Part shown: positions 63,380-64,000 of the stretch, in pieces
How positions within the stretch are numbered: position 1 is the stretch's first letter
Layout of the letters: the number at the start of each line of letters is the position of its first letter
NCBI RefSeq assembly: GCF_009914755.1
Contig: NC_060937.1
Source of the DNA: the human T2T-CHM13v2.0 reference genome, Homo sapiens
DNA length: 64,000 nucleotides
Reading direction: 5' to 3' (one strand)
The notes under the pieces: model-generated
What the model saw: only the letters and a program-made list of their open reading frames with translations
Told to the model about the DNA's origin: nothing
The model's database searches: none
Program-made: the position numbers and the translations under genes

Positions 63380-63520
63380 TACTTTTTTTTTTATAAAAGT
63401 GACAATAGATTCAACGAGGTTAAGCGTATCACTGAAGCTGCACAGTTATTGTGGAATGGAGTCGGGATTCAAATCTATTCTGCTGTTCCACGCCAAAGCC
63501 TACGTTCAATCCCTATGCCA
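63380..63520 (-). mobile_element. MIR fragment
   Basis: 'gaggttaagcg...aagctgcacagt...ggagtcgggattcaaatc...ccaaagcc'. Confidence 0.55.
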
Positions 63521-63708
63521 CAGTGCATCCTCCAAGAGACGCAGTGATAGTCTTAACTCTCCCTCAGAAAAAAATGTTGAAAAAGAAAAACAGCTGACAC
63601 AATTTTCTTACTTCTTTTCCTCTGAGGTCTTGTCTTAGGCAAGCTGCCATTACTTCGAATTGGGAAGCGACTCTCCTGAAGGTGCCAGGAAAGTTCACGT
63701 GTGAAGGG

Positions 63709-64000
63709 TGAAGGGGTGGCCTGCCCCTCCACACTTGTGGGCGTTTCTCATCAGGTGGAACGAGACTTGAGAAAAGAAAGAGACACGGAGACAAAGTATA
63801 GAGAAAGAAAAGTGGACCCGGGGAACTGGCGCTCAGCATACAGAGGACCCGCGCCAGCACCAGTCTTTGAGTTCCCTTAGTATTTATTGATCGTTATCAG
63901 GCGTTTCTCGGAAAGGGGAATGTGGCAGGACAATAGGGGAATAGTGGGGAGAGGGTCAGCAGGAAAACATGTGAACAAATGTCTCTGCCTCATAAACAAG
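63709..64000 (-). mobile_element. HERV-K (HML-2) LTR5A/B-type LTR, U5/R end; continues beyond the window
   Basis: tgaaggggtggcctgcccctccacac...gagaaaagaaagagacacggagacaaagtatagagaaag...gagttcccttagtatttattgatc. Antisense AATAAA at 63883-63888. Confidence 0.92.

Overview
Primate (human-like) nuclear DNA, non-coding and dense in interspersed repeats. It carries about 28 Alu copies (J, S and Y classes, many with visible target-site duplications, TSDs), multiple old L1, L2 and MIR fragments, MaLR and ERV LTRs (MSTB, THE1C, MLT1, MER52-like, LTR1-like, and a HERV-K HML-2 LTR5 running off the right edge), and Tigger-family DNA transposons. I find no intact protein-coding gene, and nearly all ORFs in the track are repeat artefacts. 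The one gene-derived element is an RPL7A retrocopy at about 53255-53753. It is semi-processed: the downstream exons are spliced and polyadenylated, but it starts inside a retained intron carrying the 3' half of the box C/D snoRNA SNORD36A. Other points of note are an ~860-bp pyrimidine-rich motif block inserted in an old L1, an AluJ/LTR1/AluS chimera, a twin-priming-like inversion in an old L1, and several nested insertions. I see no support for a new multi-gene system. Repeat subfamily names come from recalled consensus sequences and need RepeatMasker/Dfam confirmation. Boundaries of old elements are approximate.
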